A stretch of DNA of 32,000 nt, taken from Flammeovirga sp. SJP92 (GTDB lineage: Bacteria; Bacteroidota; Bacteroidia; Cytophagales; Flammeovirgaceae). Positions 1 through 9,189 of the stretch are shown one piece after another. Below the pieces are notes generated by a model that worked only from the letters and a program-made list of their open reading frames with translations, made no database searches and was not told the origin of the DNA. The DNA is taken from contig NZ_LQAQ01000019.1 in NCBI RefSeq assembly GCF_001583495.1, forward strand, positions 242,836 through 274,835. The letters are read 5' to 3'. The first letter of the stretch is position 1. Every line of letters starts with the position of its first letter. A program made the position numbers and the translations under genes.

Positions 1-2936
1 TTTGATCGAGTGCCTTCCGGGAAAACGATAATAGAATAACCGTCTTCCACCATTGACTTCAGCCTTGTCAGTTGCTCCTCTCCTATCCCTTCATCTGCCA
101 ATAAATAATCCGCTTTTCTTACTACTCTACCAAAAATAGGCGAATTATACACCCAGCTATTGGTCACTAAAACAGCCTTGCGCTTAGCGGCCAACACCAA
201 GAAAATATCCAAAAAGGACTGATGGTTGGCAATGATGACTGATGGTCCTTTTAAGTCTTCTTTAGGGAAGTTTTTAAATATCTTTCCTTCAAACATAGGC
301 GAATTCAGAAAGCCTCTGAAGAAGTAACAAAGAATGGTGTGAAAGAGTAATTTACGTTGTCGCATCTTCGCTTTCAAGCCAGGGAAGAACAACAGTAAAC
401 TAAGGAGTGTGATCAACTGTGCGACTGAAACGAAAATCGAATAGCCAATAATGTTTTTCAGTAATTGTAAAAAACGAACAGGAGGTTTTCCTTTATCCGT
501 TCGTACGCTGATAAATGCTTTGAACAGCAACGGCTGAAAAATAAAGGTCATCATCAGTACTGAAACAATACCAATAATGGTCAGTAAACCAATGGAACGC
601 AGGGAAGGATGCTGTGCGAAAAACATGGCGCCAATCCCTAATAATGTTGTGATGGAAGACAACAAGATAGAACTTTTATAAATCGGTAAATGCTCCTTTG
701 TATTGTCTATGGTGTTTTCCTGTAAACCTTTGGTGATAAATATGCTGTAATCAATGCCTATTCCAAAAATGAAAGTGGAAATAATCACATTGAAAATATT
801 GAATCGGATATCAAACATCCCCATAATTCCCAGGGTCATCACCCAACTCATTATGATCGGCAGGTAACAGATCAGCGTCAGTTCTATTCTGCCAAAAGTG
901 ATCAGCAATAAGAGTAATACTACAATCGAAGACATGGAAACGAGTACATCAAACTCTGAGTGCAGCATATCAATAATCTGACTCAGAAAACTCTGCTTCT
1001 CTACTACATCTACATAACTCAAGGCCTGTATTTGCGGTATCAATTTCTTTTTATCGCCATCGGTTTTCACCAATGAAGTTACGCCGTGGTAATCCTCTGC
1101 TTCAATCACAAAATCATCCACCAAAGTAGAAAACACTTTGATTTGTTCTTCTACTGGAAATACTTTGTATTCTTTCTCTAATGACGCCCAAAAGGGATCA
1201 AAAGTATTGGCTCTAAAACCATAAGGCTTTCCACTTTCTGCAAAACCTTCCTTCAATTTTTCAATTCTTTCTTCCGTCCAAAACTGTTTCCAGCGTATAA
1301 TTCTTTCTATTTGAATTTTAGAAGGAATAAGCAGTGTACTGGTCAGCATTTCATCAAACTCAAAACCCTCTTTTTTCAAGCTATCAAGAGAGGATTGTAA
1401 GATGAAGTTTTGATAAATGGCATCATCCAGTGATTCTCCTTCCGAAGCCAAAAGAATATTGCTGACCATTGCCGGGTTGATGCGGTTGATTCTTTCTTCT
1501 GCCAGTTGTACTTCCGGTGAGTTGTAATTGAAGCGATCTAAATGTGCATCAAATTTTACATCTCCGGCATAGAAGAAACAAACGAATACAAACCCTAAAA
1601 GTAAAGCCACCATCCCTTTATTATTTTCAAAATGATAGTTGGCTATTTTATCTAAGAAGTGCTTTTTCTGTGGAGCAGCACTCGTCACTTTTGGTTTTAA
1701 TTTATCTAATATTACTGGAAGGACAATCAAAGCTACTAGAGCCGAAATAATAATACTGATGGCAACAAATACCCCTAAATCATTCATGGCTTTGGCTTTC
1801 AAAAAGTTCAAGCACATAAAGGAAATAGATGTCGTCCCGGCACTGAGCAGTAATGGAGTGGCAAGATCACTGACCACTTTTTCTGCCGATTGATTCACTC
1901 TATAATGCGTAAGTACGTGCAAGGAGAAGTCAATACTGATGCCTATAATAATGGCTCCCATACCAATGGCAATCAAAGAAATAGAAGACTTGAAGAAATA
2001 CAAGGCGATCAAAGCTGTTCCAAAACCAAAAAGAAGAGGAATCAGCAGTAAGAGGAAGATAAATTTATCTTTAAAGTAATAACTGATCAATGCGATAATC
2101 AACACCAAAGCCACCGTAATCGTGACATTGACATCTTGTTTGATCTGATTGGCATTAGAGAGTGTGGAGATGGGATTGCCATAAAACTCATAGTTCAGTT
2201 GAGGGTATTCCTTTTTGATTTCACTGATTGATTGCTCTATGGCTTCCTTAAACTCATTGTTCTTCTTGGAATCACTTCCCTGATGCGTCAAGGAGATAAA
2301 CATCAAGGCTGTCGTTTGATCTTTACTAACAAAGTGATCTTTATATAATACAACGCCATTATCAAACTGAAAATGCTCTAGTCGCTTCAATGCCGAAGGT
2401 ACAAGCATATATGGATCTTTGGGAATGTACTGTTTGAAAAGCATTCCCGAAGGGGTAATCAGGTTCTTATAAAGGTTTTTGAATAAGGGGTCAGTACCTG
2501 CTTCCAGCTCTTCATCCAAGCGCTCATAATCTTGGGCGGTCAGATAGATGGGAAGGTGCTCAAAAGTGGTTTGATAATAAGTTGTAAAAAGGGAGGAGTT
2601 GACTTTTGCCATCTTTTTCTCCACAAAAGGAGCGACTTCACCTTCTTCCAGTTTTTCCGCTAATGCATCAATCCCTTTGATTAATACATCAGGATTTTTC
2701 TCGTCATTCTCCAAAGAAACCAACACAATCACTTTTTCCATGAACTTACTGTTCCCTAGAATAAAGCTCGATTTCTCTAATGCTTCGTTAGTAGGAAGCA
2801 TTTCCATGATATCTTCTTTGAACCCAATTTTGTAAACTGTATACGAAACAGTTCCCAAGAAGAGGGCCGTTAGAAGGTAAAGGGCACTTATTCGGTACTT
2901 AAAAAAGTGCAGTATCTTTAAAAAAAATTGGCTCAT
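1..2936 (-). CDS. MMPL/RND-superfamily exporter with C-terminal PlsC-like (1-acylglycerol-3-phosphate acyltransferase) domain; partial, C-terminus beyond left edge
   Basis: Manual translation of the minus strand from ATG at 2936 (MSQFFLKILHFFKYRISALYLLTALLFG...) stays open to position 1. Two multi-TM blocks typical of MMPL (IAIGMGAIIIGISIDFSLHVLTHY; NVIISTFIFGIGIDYSIFITKG), then a NHQSFLDI (HX4D) acyltransferase motif near 210-235. Frame checked at codon 419 (2936-419 divisible by 3). Not in ORF track, presumably because no stop lies in the window. Confidence 0.88.
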   Translation of the reverse strand, partial: MSQFFLKILHFFKYRISALYLLTALFLGTVSYTVYKIGFKEDIMEMLPTNEALEKSSFILGNSKFMEKVIVLVSLENDEKNPDVLIKGIDALAEKLEEGEVAPFVEKKMAKVNSSLFTTYYQTTFEHLPIYLTAQDYERLDEELEAGTDPLFKNLYKNLITPSGMLFKQYIPKDPYMLVPSALKRLEHFQFDNGVVLYKDHFVSKDQTTALMFISLTHQGSDSKKNNEFKEAIEQSISEIKKEYPQLNYEFYGNPISTLSNANQIKQDVNVTITVALVLIIALISYYFKDKFIFLLLLIPLLFGFGTALIALYFFKSSISLIAIGMGAIIIGISIDFSLHVLTHYRVNQSAEKVVSDLATPLLLSAGTTSISFMCLNFLKAKAMNDLGVFVAISIIISALVALIVLPVILDKLKPKVTSAAPQKKHFLDKIANYHFENNKGMVALLLGFVFVCFFYAGDVKFDAHLDRFNYNSPEVQLAEERINRINPAMVSNILLASEGESLDDAIYQNFILQSSLDSLKKEGFEFDEMLTSTLLIPSKIQIERIIRWKQFWTEERIEKLKEGFAESGKPYGFRANTFDPFWASLEKEYKVFPVEEQIKVFSTLVDDFVIEAEDYHGVTSLVKTDGDKKKLIPQIQALSYVDVVEKQSFLSQIIDMLHSEFDVLVSMSSIVVLLLLLITFGRIELTLICYLPIIMSWVMTLGIMGMFDIRFNIFNVIISTFIFGIGIDYSIFITKGLQENTIDNTKEHLPIYKSSILLSSITTLLGIGAMFFAQHPSLRSIGLLTIIGIVSVLMMTFIFQPLLFKAFISVRTDKGKPPVRFLQLLKNIIGYSIFVSVAQLITLLSLLLFFPGLKAKMRQRKLLFHTILCYFFRGFLNSPMFEGKIFKNFPKEDLKGPSVIIANHQSFLDIFLVLAAKRKAVLVTNSWVYNSPIFGRVVRKADYLLADEGIGEEQLTRLKSMVEDGYSIIVFPEGTRS

Positions 2937-3094
2937 TATGTTAATTTATAATCGTCAACTTCTGTGTTTTATTAGAGTTAAGTAGTGTGACAAAAGTTTT
3001 GGAACTTTTGTCAGGGAAGAGGGAAGAATGAAGAGGGAAGAGTTGTGGTTCGTGAGGACGTTCCTACAATCAGTATCCTTTTTTTCTTCATTCT

Positions 3095-4309
3095 TCATTC
3101 TTCCCCCGCCTTATAGGCTATCAGCTTAAAAGCTCCAAAACTAATACATCCTAAAACGAATGCAAGAAGAAACGCAAAGACAGTCGCTCCCACACTGTAT
3201 AACATCAGATGTTGTTGTATCACATCGAAGTTAATTTCATCTAGTTGGGGAATGATGATTTTTTCATTAAACAGGATTTCCCCGGTTTTAAAACTTGCAT
3301 ACAACCAAAGCGGAATAAATGGCGGTATACTGATATTGGCCGCTACAATCACGATGGGTTTGTTCAGTTTGAAAAAATGTGCCAGCCCAATCGCCGTTAC
3401 TAACTGATAGCCCCAAATAGGTACTATTCCCATAAAAACACCAAAGAAAACGGCTAATGCTTTTTTATATGGCGGTTCTTCTACATCAAAAAAGAGGTCC
3501 TTTATGTGCTCTTTAATGTTTTTTTTTTTGAGACTTCTGAAAAAGTCTCTAGGCTTGATGTATAGTAAACAGATGGTGACCAATATGGTATTGAGAATGC
3601 TGATCCTTGTAAAATCAGTAAAAGGTCTGAAGTGCGTTATGCGTTCTTCTGTTGGAGGATAGTACACATTTATCGGCACTGTTTCAATCGCCACACCTTT
3701 CCATGCTGACCTTACTAAAATCTCAATTTCAAACTCATAACGCCACGAAATCAATTGAATATCATTGACTTGTTTTAGAGGATATAAACGGTAACCCGAT
3801 TGTGTATCAGGTGCTTTGATTCCCGTTTCAAATGTAAACCAGAAGTTGGAAAATTTATGACCGAAACTACTTTTCCCAGGTACTGAATTTTGAAGCATAT
3901 CCCTTGCTCCAATAATGATGGCATTAGGGCTCGTTTCTAGTTTTTCAATAAACTGAGGAAGGTCAGACGCTTTGTGCTGTCCATCAGAATCAATGGTGAT
4001 CGCATATTCAAAACCTTGTTTTTCTGCTTCCAAAAATCCCGCTCTTAATGCTTTTCCCTTTCCGCGGTTTTGCTCAAATGTAATGCTTTGGATGTTCGGA
4101 AGCTGACTTAAGATTTCTGAAGTAGTGTCCGTACAGCCGTCATTGATCACAATCACATTGGTGGTATATTCCAATACACTATCAATCACCCCTTTTAATT
4201 CCCTATCATTATTATAAGTAGGAATTAAAACACAGCATTTCAGGCGATCAAAATCTGCCTGCAAACGTGGGGAAGCAATATGTTCTTCAACTCCATTCAT
4301 TTTATTCAA
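3095..4309 (-). CDS. Glycosyltransferase family 2 fused to C-terminal DUF2062 domain
   Basis: CCVLIPTYNNDRELKGVIDSVLEYTTNVIVINDGCTD and ITIDSDGQHKASDLP (GT2), C-terminal FFGVFMGIVPIWGYQLVTAIGLAHFFKLNKPIVIVAANISIPP (DUF2062-like). Confidence 0.88.
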   Translation of the reverse strand: MNKMNGVEEHIASPRLQADFDRLKCCVLIPTYNNDRELKGVIDSVLEYTTNVIVINDGCTDTTSEILSQLPNIQSITFEQNRGKGKALRAGFLEAEKQGFEYAITIDSDGQHKASDLPQFIEKLETSPNAIIIGARDMLQNSVPGKSSFGHKFSNFWFTFETGIKAPDTQSGYRLYPLKQVNDIQLISWRYEFEIEILVRSAWKGVAIETVPINVYYPPTEERITHFRPFTDFTRISILNTILVTICLLYIKPRDFFRSLKKKNIKEHIKDLFFDVEEPPYKKALAVFFGVFMGIVPIWGYQLVTAIGLAHFFKLNKPIVIVAANISIPPFIPLWLYASFKTGEILFNEKIIIPQLDEINFDVIQQHLMLYSVGATVFAFLLAFVLGCISFGAFKLIAYKAGEE

Positions 4310-4676
4310 AATCTGTGAAGGTTCCTCTAAATTTAAAATAGGCTTTCTCCTGATCTTTCAATTCAGCTTTCACCTCCATTGTATCATTTTCCTGCTTTAA
4401 AACTGTTACGTCTGCCACCACCTCACTTTGGAGCTGTGGATCCAGAATCGACAAGAATTTGATGGTTTTTATGGCAGATACAGCAACTTCCTTTTGATAT
4501 TCCTGCTCGCACAATTCCTTTATGATGTCCAGCATACACACCCCCGGCGTGACAGGCTGTCCTGGAAAATGTCCTTGGAAAATTTCATGCTCTTTATTCA
4601 AACTGATCTGAGCCGAAAATTTATTCTCCTCTTTTGTCAATTCCTTCACTTGAAAGAAGTCTGTTTGCTGTAGCAT
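4302..4676 (-). CDS. FabZ/ApeI-like beta-hydroxyacyl-ACP dehydratase (hotdog fold)
   Basis: HEIFQGHFPGQPVTPGVCMLDII matches the HFPGxPVxPG dehydratase motif; overlaps neighbouring gene start by 8 nt. Confidence 0.82.
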   Translation of the reverse strand: MLQQTDFFQVKELTKEENKFSAQISLNKEHEIFQGHFPGQPVTPGVCMLDIIKELCEQEYQKEVAVSAIKTIKFLSILDPQLQSEVVADVTVLKQENDTMEVKAELKDQEKAYFKFRGTFTDFE

Positions 4677-5320
4677 TATAATATTTCTTTTTTCTCTAAT
4701 TTCACTTTCAATTTCAGATGGGAAGCATCAATCTCTACCGACTCCAAATGCTTGTCTTTGTAATCAAACAGGATGGTTTTTCCTATGTTCCCAAACATTT
4801 CCAGAAGATACACTTCCTTTCTCCTTTTCTTCCCATCAAACAAGAAGTAGTATTTTTTCCTTCCCTTTTTCACTTTCAAAAGGATATCATCTTCACGTTC
4901 CCAACATTTTTTGACCACCATATTCTGACTGTCAAAATCCACATCATAAAACACTTCTGAAAAGTCCTTCCAAAGGTGATTCAATACTATTTTTTTATCA
5001 AGAGGTGGAATCACAAAATTGGTTGTATAACCTTTCTCTGTGATTGTCATATCCAAAAGCTTCACCCCTATTTCAGTGACTAATACTACTTGCTTTTCGG
5101 TTTCATTCAGTGACTTCACCACAAGCAAACCCGTATAGTATTTATCGTAGAAATAGATCTTCGATTTGAACAAACGAGTTACAGGCTGTTCCAATGTTTC
5201 ACTCAAAAGCTCTTCATCACAATTTTCCAATTTTGAAAAAGAGGACTTGTGATAATAAGTACAAGAGGATAAAATACCGATCAGCAAGAACAGCAGGCTA
5301 TTTCTCCACAAAGTTGTCAT
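4676..5320 (-). CDS. Exported lipoprotein, possibly LolB-like, of the pigment cluster
   Basis: Lipoprotein signal LLFLLIGILSSCTYYHKS; directly overlaps the LolA-like gene; beta-rich sequence; function assigned by context only. Confidence 0.55.
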   Translation of the reverse strand: MTTLWRNSLLFLLIGILSSCTYYHKSSFSKLENCDEELLSETLEQPVTRLFKSKIYFYDKYYTGLLVVKSLNETEKQVVLVTEIGVKLLDMTITEKGYTTNFVIPPLDKKIVLNHLWKDFSEVFYDVDFDSQNMVVKKCWEREDDILLKVKKGRKKYYFLFDGKKRRKEVYLLEMFGNIGKTILFDYKDKHLESVEIDASHLKLKVKLEKKEIL

Positions 5321-5930
5321 CGCTTATCGTTTCATTGTATTTATGGTCCACAAAATCAAACTGAGTGTAATCCTCTCCCTGTTCTTTGATGACCACTTTG
5401 AACACCGAATAATCTTTTAAGCTGATATACAAATGAAGTTCGGCCATATACTGACTCCAATTACTGTCTTTGGGCTTCAACTGCATTTTCACTTCGTTAT
5501 CACCTTTGAAATACATCACCTCAAAATTCTCATCATCACCAATATTTCCATTCACCATATTGAGCATCATTTTGTTCACTACAGAGAAAATAGGATTGGA
5601 AGAAGCATCAAAAGTATTGGTCTTCTCTTCATCAATCATAGAAATAATATCACCGTTGATGATGATGGCATAAGTGATCGGTGAGAGGTATTCCCATCTT
5701 AAACGGTTAGGGCTTTTATACAAAAAAGCACCCTTACTGATGAGATCTTGATTCATCAATGAAAGATGTTTGGTTTGCACAAAGTCACTGCTTATGCTTT
5801 GGATGGTCTTTGCATTTTCTTTCAGGTCTATAATGGCCTGATCTGTATTTTCAATGGGTTTATATTGCTGTGCCCAACAAACCGATTGAATAAGCAAAAA
5901 TGTAAAACCTATATAATATTTCAATTTCAT
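5298..5930 (-). CDS. LolA-like outer membrane lipoprotein carrier protein
   Basis: Signal peptide plus IQSISSDFVQTKHLSLMNQDLISKGAFLYKSPNRLRWEYLSPITYAIIINGD, typical LolA pattern. Confidence 0.83.
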   Translation of the reverse strand: MKLKYYIGFTFLLIQSVCWAQQYKPIENTDQAIIDLKENAKTIQSISSDFVQTKHLSLMNQDLISKGAFLYKSPNRLRWEYLSPITYAIIINGDIISMIDEEKTNTFDASSNPIFSVVNKMMLNMVNGNIGDDENFEVMYFKGDNEVKMQLKPKDSNWSQYMAELHLYISLKDYSVFKVVIKEQGEDYTQFDFVDHKYNETISDDNFVEK

Positions 5931-5942
5931 TTAAAGCTCCAT

Positions 5943-6698
5943 TTAGTTGAAAAGCTCACTAACAGTTACCGCTTGTAAGTTTTTCCTTTGAATTATTTTT
6001 ATTATTTCTTCAAGGTGATCTACAGTTATCTGCATGGTATCGTGCAATAAAATCACATCACCACCTGACACTTTCTCTACCTTGCCGATCAACTCTTTTT
6101 TTGTCTTTGCAATCGTATCCAAAGAACGAATGCTCCAGCCGACTGAGTGCAATCCCAATGTTTTCACCGCTTTGGCAATATGCGGATTGGTAACGCCATA
6201 AGGCGGACGGAACAGTTTATTTTCCCGCTTTGTCGCCTCCTCAATCAAGGCATTGGTATGCTGAAGTTCTTCCTTTACTTTTTTTGTGGGATAAAGATCA
6301 AAAAAATAACTGTGAGACCAAGTATGATTGCCAATTTCATGCCCTTGTGCCACTATTTTTTCGATCGTCTCAAAATCTTCTTCAATTTTATGTCCAATAC
6401 AAAAGAAAGTTGCCTTTACGTTGTACTGTCCTAAGATCTCTAGAATCTTTTCTGTTGTCTCTTTATTAGGTCCATCATCAAATGTCAACGCCACTTTCTG
6501 TACTCCTTCTTTCCTGATCCATGACTTCATAAAGAAGTTGTTTTCTATTTTAATAACACCCATTACAATCCTAAAAAGTGCTGTTATTAATAGAACTCCT
6601 GATAGAAAATAAAAAGCCGGATGCACCGTATTTCCCCCGTAAAAGGAAATAACAATCAGTGGTAAGCCGATCAGTAATGTTTGATGGAATTTAGACAT
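5943..6698 (-). CDS. Polysaccharide deacetylase (NodB/CE4-like) family protein with N-terminal TM segments
   Basis: VALTFDDGPNKETTEKILEIL, GHEIGNHTWSHSYF, FRPPYG, ILLHDT motifs. Confidence 0.88.
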   Translation of the reverse strand: MSKFHQTLLIGLPLIVISFYGGNTVHPAFYFLSGVLLITALFRIVMGVIKIENNFFMKSWIRKEGVQKVALTFDDGPNKETTEKILEILGQYNVKATFFCIGHKIEEDFETIEKIVAQGHEIGNHTWSHSYFFDLYPTKKVKEELQHTNALIEEATKRENKLFRPPYGVTNPHIAKAVKTLGLHSVGWSIRSLDTIAKTKKELIGKVEKVSGGDVILLHDTMQITVDHLEEIIKIIQRKNLQAVTVSELFN

Positions 6699-7677
6699 TT
6701 CGTAACAGAATTAATCCTTGAGTTCCATCAAAAAATGTGGTATGAACCAATACTGTATTTAAAGGTTTTTTATTTCTAAGAAGGGATTGTCTCAGTGCTT
6801 CCTCCTTCATCATTTTTGATGCTAAACCCACCCCAAACGATGAGGCGGTATGGTATTCGCCCGACCACTGTTTGTAGTCTATCACCTCGCACCTTTTTTC
6901 TTCGTATAAGATTTTCAGCACCTTATTTCCTGCATCACCTGTCAATACCAAATCAATGTCTTCTGCGTTTAATTCATTTTCCTGAAGTAAACCATCGATC
7001 ACTGTTTCCAGACTTTCATTGCTTTGCAAAACAGCTTTCACATCCACTATTTCCGCGTAGGTATTGGCTGTTTTCTGATCAGAAATCACAAATACACCTG
7101 CTCCTTCTCCCCACTGTCCACCGTAATTATTCTCTTTATAAAGTTGCTGTACTGTAGGTGTTAATTCATCGATACCGCCTACCAGCCAATTGGTATTTTT
7201 ACGCTCTTTGGTAAAAAGAAAACCATCCAATAATGCGTTTTCAAATGAGGTACCTTCCTGACTGTAAGTAGTATTATAGCCATTGTTTTTCAGTACCAAA
7301 CCAATCTGCCCAGCAATTGTATTGTGTGTAGAAACGATAAAAGACGAAGGGTTCACCATCGACTCCTCAGAAGTGACCATGCTGTTCAGAAACTTCTCTG
7401 TACTGACCAAACACCCTAGTCCCGTTCCTACAATCACTCCACTTAATTCCTCTGACTTCACTCCTGCGTCATCCATGGCAATCAATGTAGACAAAACGCC
7501 CATTCTGATCACTTTGGACATACGGCGGTATACCTTTGGAGAAAGATATTCTTTGATAGGTGGCAACGTGGCTTCCCATCTTCCGTCTTCTGTAGCTGTT
7601 GGTGCTTGAAGTGAAAATTCCGTTTTGAAGGTTTCCTGAGGGGAAATCAAACCGACACCATTAATGTACGTTTTCAT
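6691..7677 (-). CDS. Degenerate beta-ketoacyl synthase, chain-length-factor-like (ApeC-like)
   Basis: KS N-terminal fold (GLISPQETF..., SGVIVGTGLGCLVSTEKFLNSM) but TYSQEGTSFENAL where KS have the Cys; lacks the HGT motif; directly adjacent to a complete KS gene. Confidence 0.75.
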   Translation of the reverse strand: MKTYINGVGLISPQETFKTEFSLQAPTATEDGRWEATLPPIKEYLSPKVYRRMSKVIRMGVLSTLIAMDDAGVKSEELSGVIVGTGLGCLVSTEKFLNSMVTSEESMVNPSSFIVSTHNTIAGQIGLVLKNNGYNTTYSQEGTSFENALLDGFLFTKERKNTNWLVGGIDELTPTVQQLYKENNYGGQWGEGAGVFVISDQKTANTYAEIVDVKAVLQSNESLETVIDGLLQENELNAEDIDLVLTGDAGNKVLKILYEEKRCEVIDYKQWSGEYHTASSFGVGLASKMMKEEALRQSLLRNKKPLNTVLVHTTFFDGTQGLILLRNV

Positions 7678-7680
7678 AGG

Positions 7681-8880
7681 CTAATTTTTCTGAAATAAAA
7701 TGGATGAACAGTTTCCTCCAAAACCAAAAGAATTGGATAATATGGTCTTTATACCTTTCACTTTTTGCAGGGCAGTTACCGGTACAATTTCTAACTCCTG
7801 TATTGGTGTTTTGAAATTCAAATTCGGAAAAATCAGCTGATGCTCTAAGGTCAAACAACTGATTACTCCTTCTATACTTGCGGCCGCCGCCAAGGTATGT
7901 CCTGTGAAAGGCTTTGTAGAACTAAACGGTGGAAGTGCTTCTTGAAACAACCTCTTCATGGCTACTCCTTCAGAAAGATCATTATTTTCTGTTCCCGTAC
8001 CATGTACATTGATGTAATCCACTTCCGTTTCTTTCACCCCTGCCACTTGCAGTGCATCACGCATGGCGTAAAAGGCACCATTCCCTTCAGGAGAAGAAGC
8101 CGTTTGATGGAAAGCATCATTGGCATTGGCATAACCGACCACTTCACAATACGTTTTCTTTCCTTCTTGCTCTACTAAGCGCTCCGATTCCAAGACTAAA
8201 AAACCTGCTCCTTCACCAAGGTTAAGGCCCGTTCTGCTGTCATCAAAAGCTCTCGTTTTTTCGGAGTCTAAAATTCTCAATGAATCAAACCCGTTCAACG
8301 TAAACTTAGTCAACGCATCGGCGCCGCCAACAATCACACGATCCAGTTTTCCGTGCTTGATCATTCTTGCACCCAGCATGATCGCATTGGCAGAAGAAGA
8401 ACAAGCCGTACTGATCGTTGATACAAAACCGTTGACCTCAAAGTACTGTGCCAAGAAGCGGGTACTATTGCCACAGGGATGTTTTTTGACAATGCTTGTA
8501 TCAATAGTATTCCCCTCAAAATAATCCTTGGCCACTGTTTCTGTTAAATCCATTCCTGCCACACTTGATGCAGAGATCAGTCCTGTCTTAATGGTTTTTG
8601 TAGGTTGTATGCCACTATCCACCACTGCTTCTTTCGCCGCTTTAAGAGCGAGTAAAAGCGTTCTGGAATAATCCGTTTCTTTATTCAAACCCAAATCCTC
8701 TTTCAGAGCATCATTGGTCATCTTTACCTCCCCTACAGGAAGTCTTTCCGCATGAATACTCTGAAGGCGGTGCATTTTATCAATGCCCGTTCTGCCTTCT
8801 TTTAAAGATTCAAAGATTGAATGCACATCATTTCCTATGGCTGCTATTGCTCCAATACCCGTTACAAAAACCTTAGACAT
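7681..8880 (-). CDS. Beta-ketoacyl-ACP synthase (FabF/ApeO-like)
   Basis: ISTACSSSANAIMLG (Cys), NVHGTGTENNDLSEG (His), SSTKPFTGHTLAAAAS (Lys/His). Confidence 0.9.
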   Translation of the reverse strand: MSKVFVTGIGAIAAIGNDVHSIFESLKEGRTGIDKMHRLQSIHAERLPVGEVKMTNDALKEDLGLNKETDYSRTLLLALKAAKEAVVDSGIQPTKTIKTGLISASSVAGMDLTETVAKDYFEGNTIDTSIVKKHPCGNSTRFLAQYFEVNGFVSTISTACSSSANAIMLGARMIKHGKLDRVIVGGADALTKFTLNGFDSLRILDSEKTRAFDDSRTGLNLGEGAGFLVLESERLVEQEGKKTYCEVVGYANANDAFHQTASSPEGNGAFYAMRDALQVAGVKETEVDYINVHGTGTENNDLSEGVAMKRLFQEALPPFSSTKPFTGHTLAAAASIEGVISCLTLEHQLIFPNLNFKTPIQELEIVPVTALQKVKGIKTILSNSFGFGGNCSSILFQKN

Positions 8881-8906
8881 ATACTTAATGGAATTACAGA
8901 TAAATA

Positions 8907-9176
8907 CTACTCTTTGACTGCAAGCTGTGCTGCAATAAAGTTGGCCATTGTGTCAATTGAACCAAATACTTCTTTTCCTGCTTTAGGATTTTCTAATTTG
9001 ATTCCGTACTCTTTTTCTAATAACAGCACCAATTCCAAAGCATCAATAGAATCAAGACCTAAACCGTCACCAAATAATGGTTCTTCGTTATCAATGTCTT
9101 CTACTTCTACTTCTTCTAAGTTCAACTGCTCGATAATTTGAACTTTAAGCTGCTCTTTTAATTCTTCTAAATTCAT
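8907..9176 (-). CDS. Acyl carrier protein
   Basis: FGDGLGLDSIDALELVLLLEKEYGI contains the DSxxxxE phosphopantetheine site. Confidence 0.92.
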   Translation of the reverse strand: MNLEELKEQLKVQIIEQLNLEEVEVEDIDNEEPLFGDGLGLDSIDALELVLLLEKEYGIKLENPKAGKEVFGSIDTMANFIAAQLAVKE

Positions 9177-9189
9177 TTTTCCAATATTT

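Noticed and set aside
1544-2835. Plus-strand ORFs 1544-1750, 1639-1893 and 2599-2835 in the track
   Set aside because: They are antisense to the long MMPL-PlsC coding frame on the minus strand, which has clear family motifs and fewer explanations needed
7661-7858. 65-aa minus ORF overlapping the KS/CLF junction, and 82-aa minus ORF 15828-16076 inside fabG
   Set aside because: Alternative frames of the same strand inside convincing ketosynthase and FabG genes
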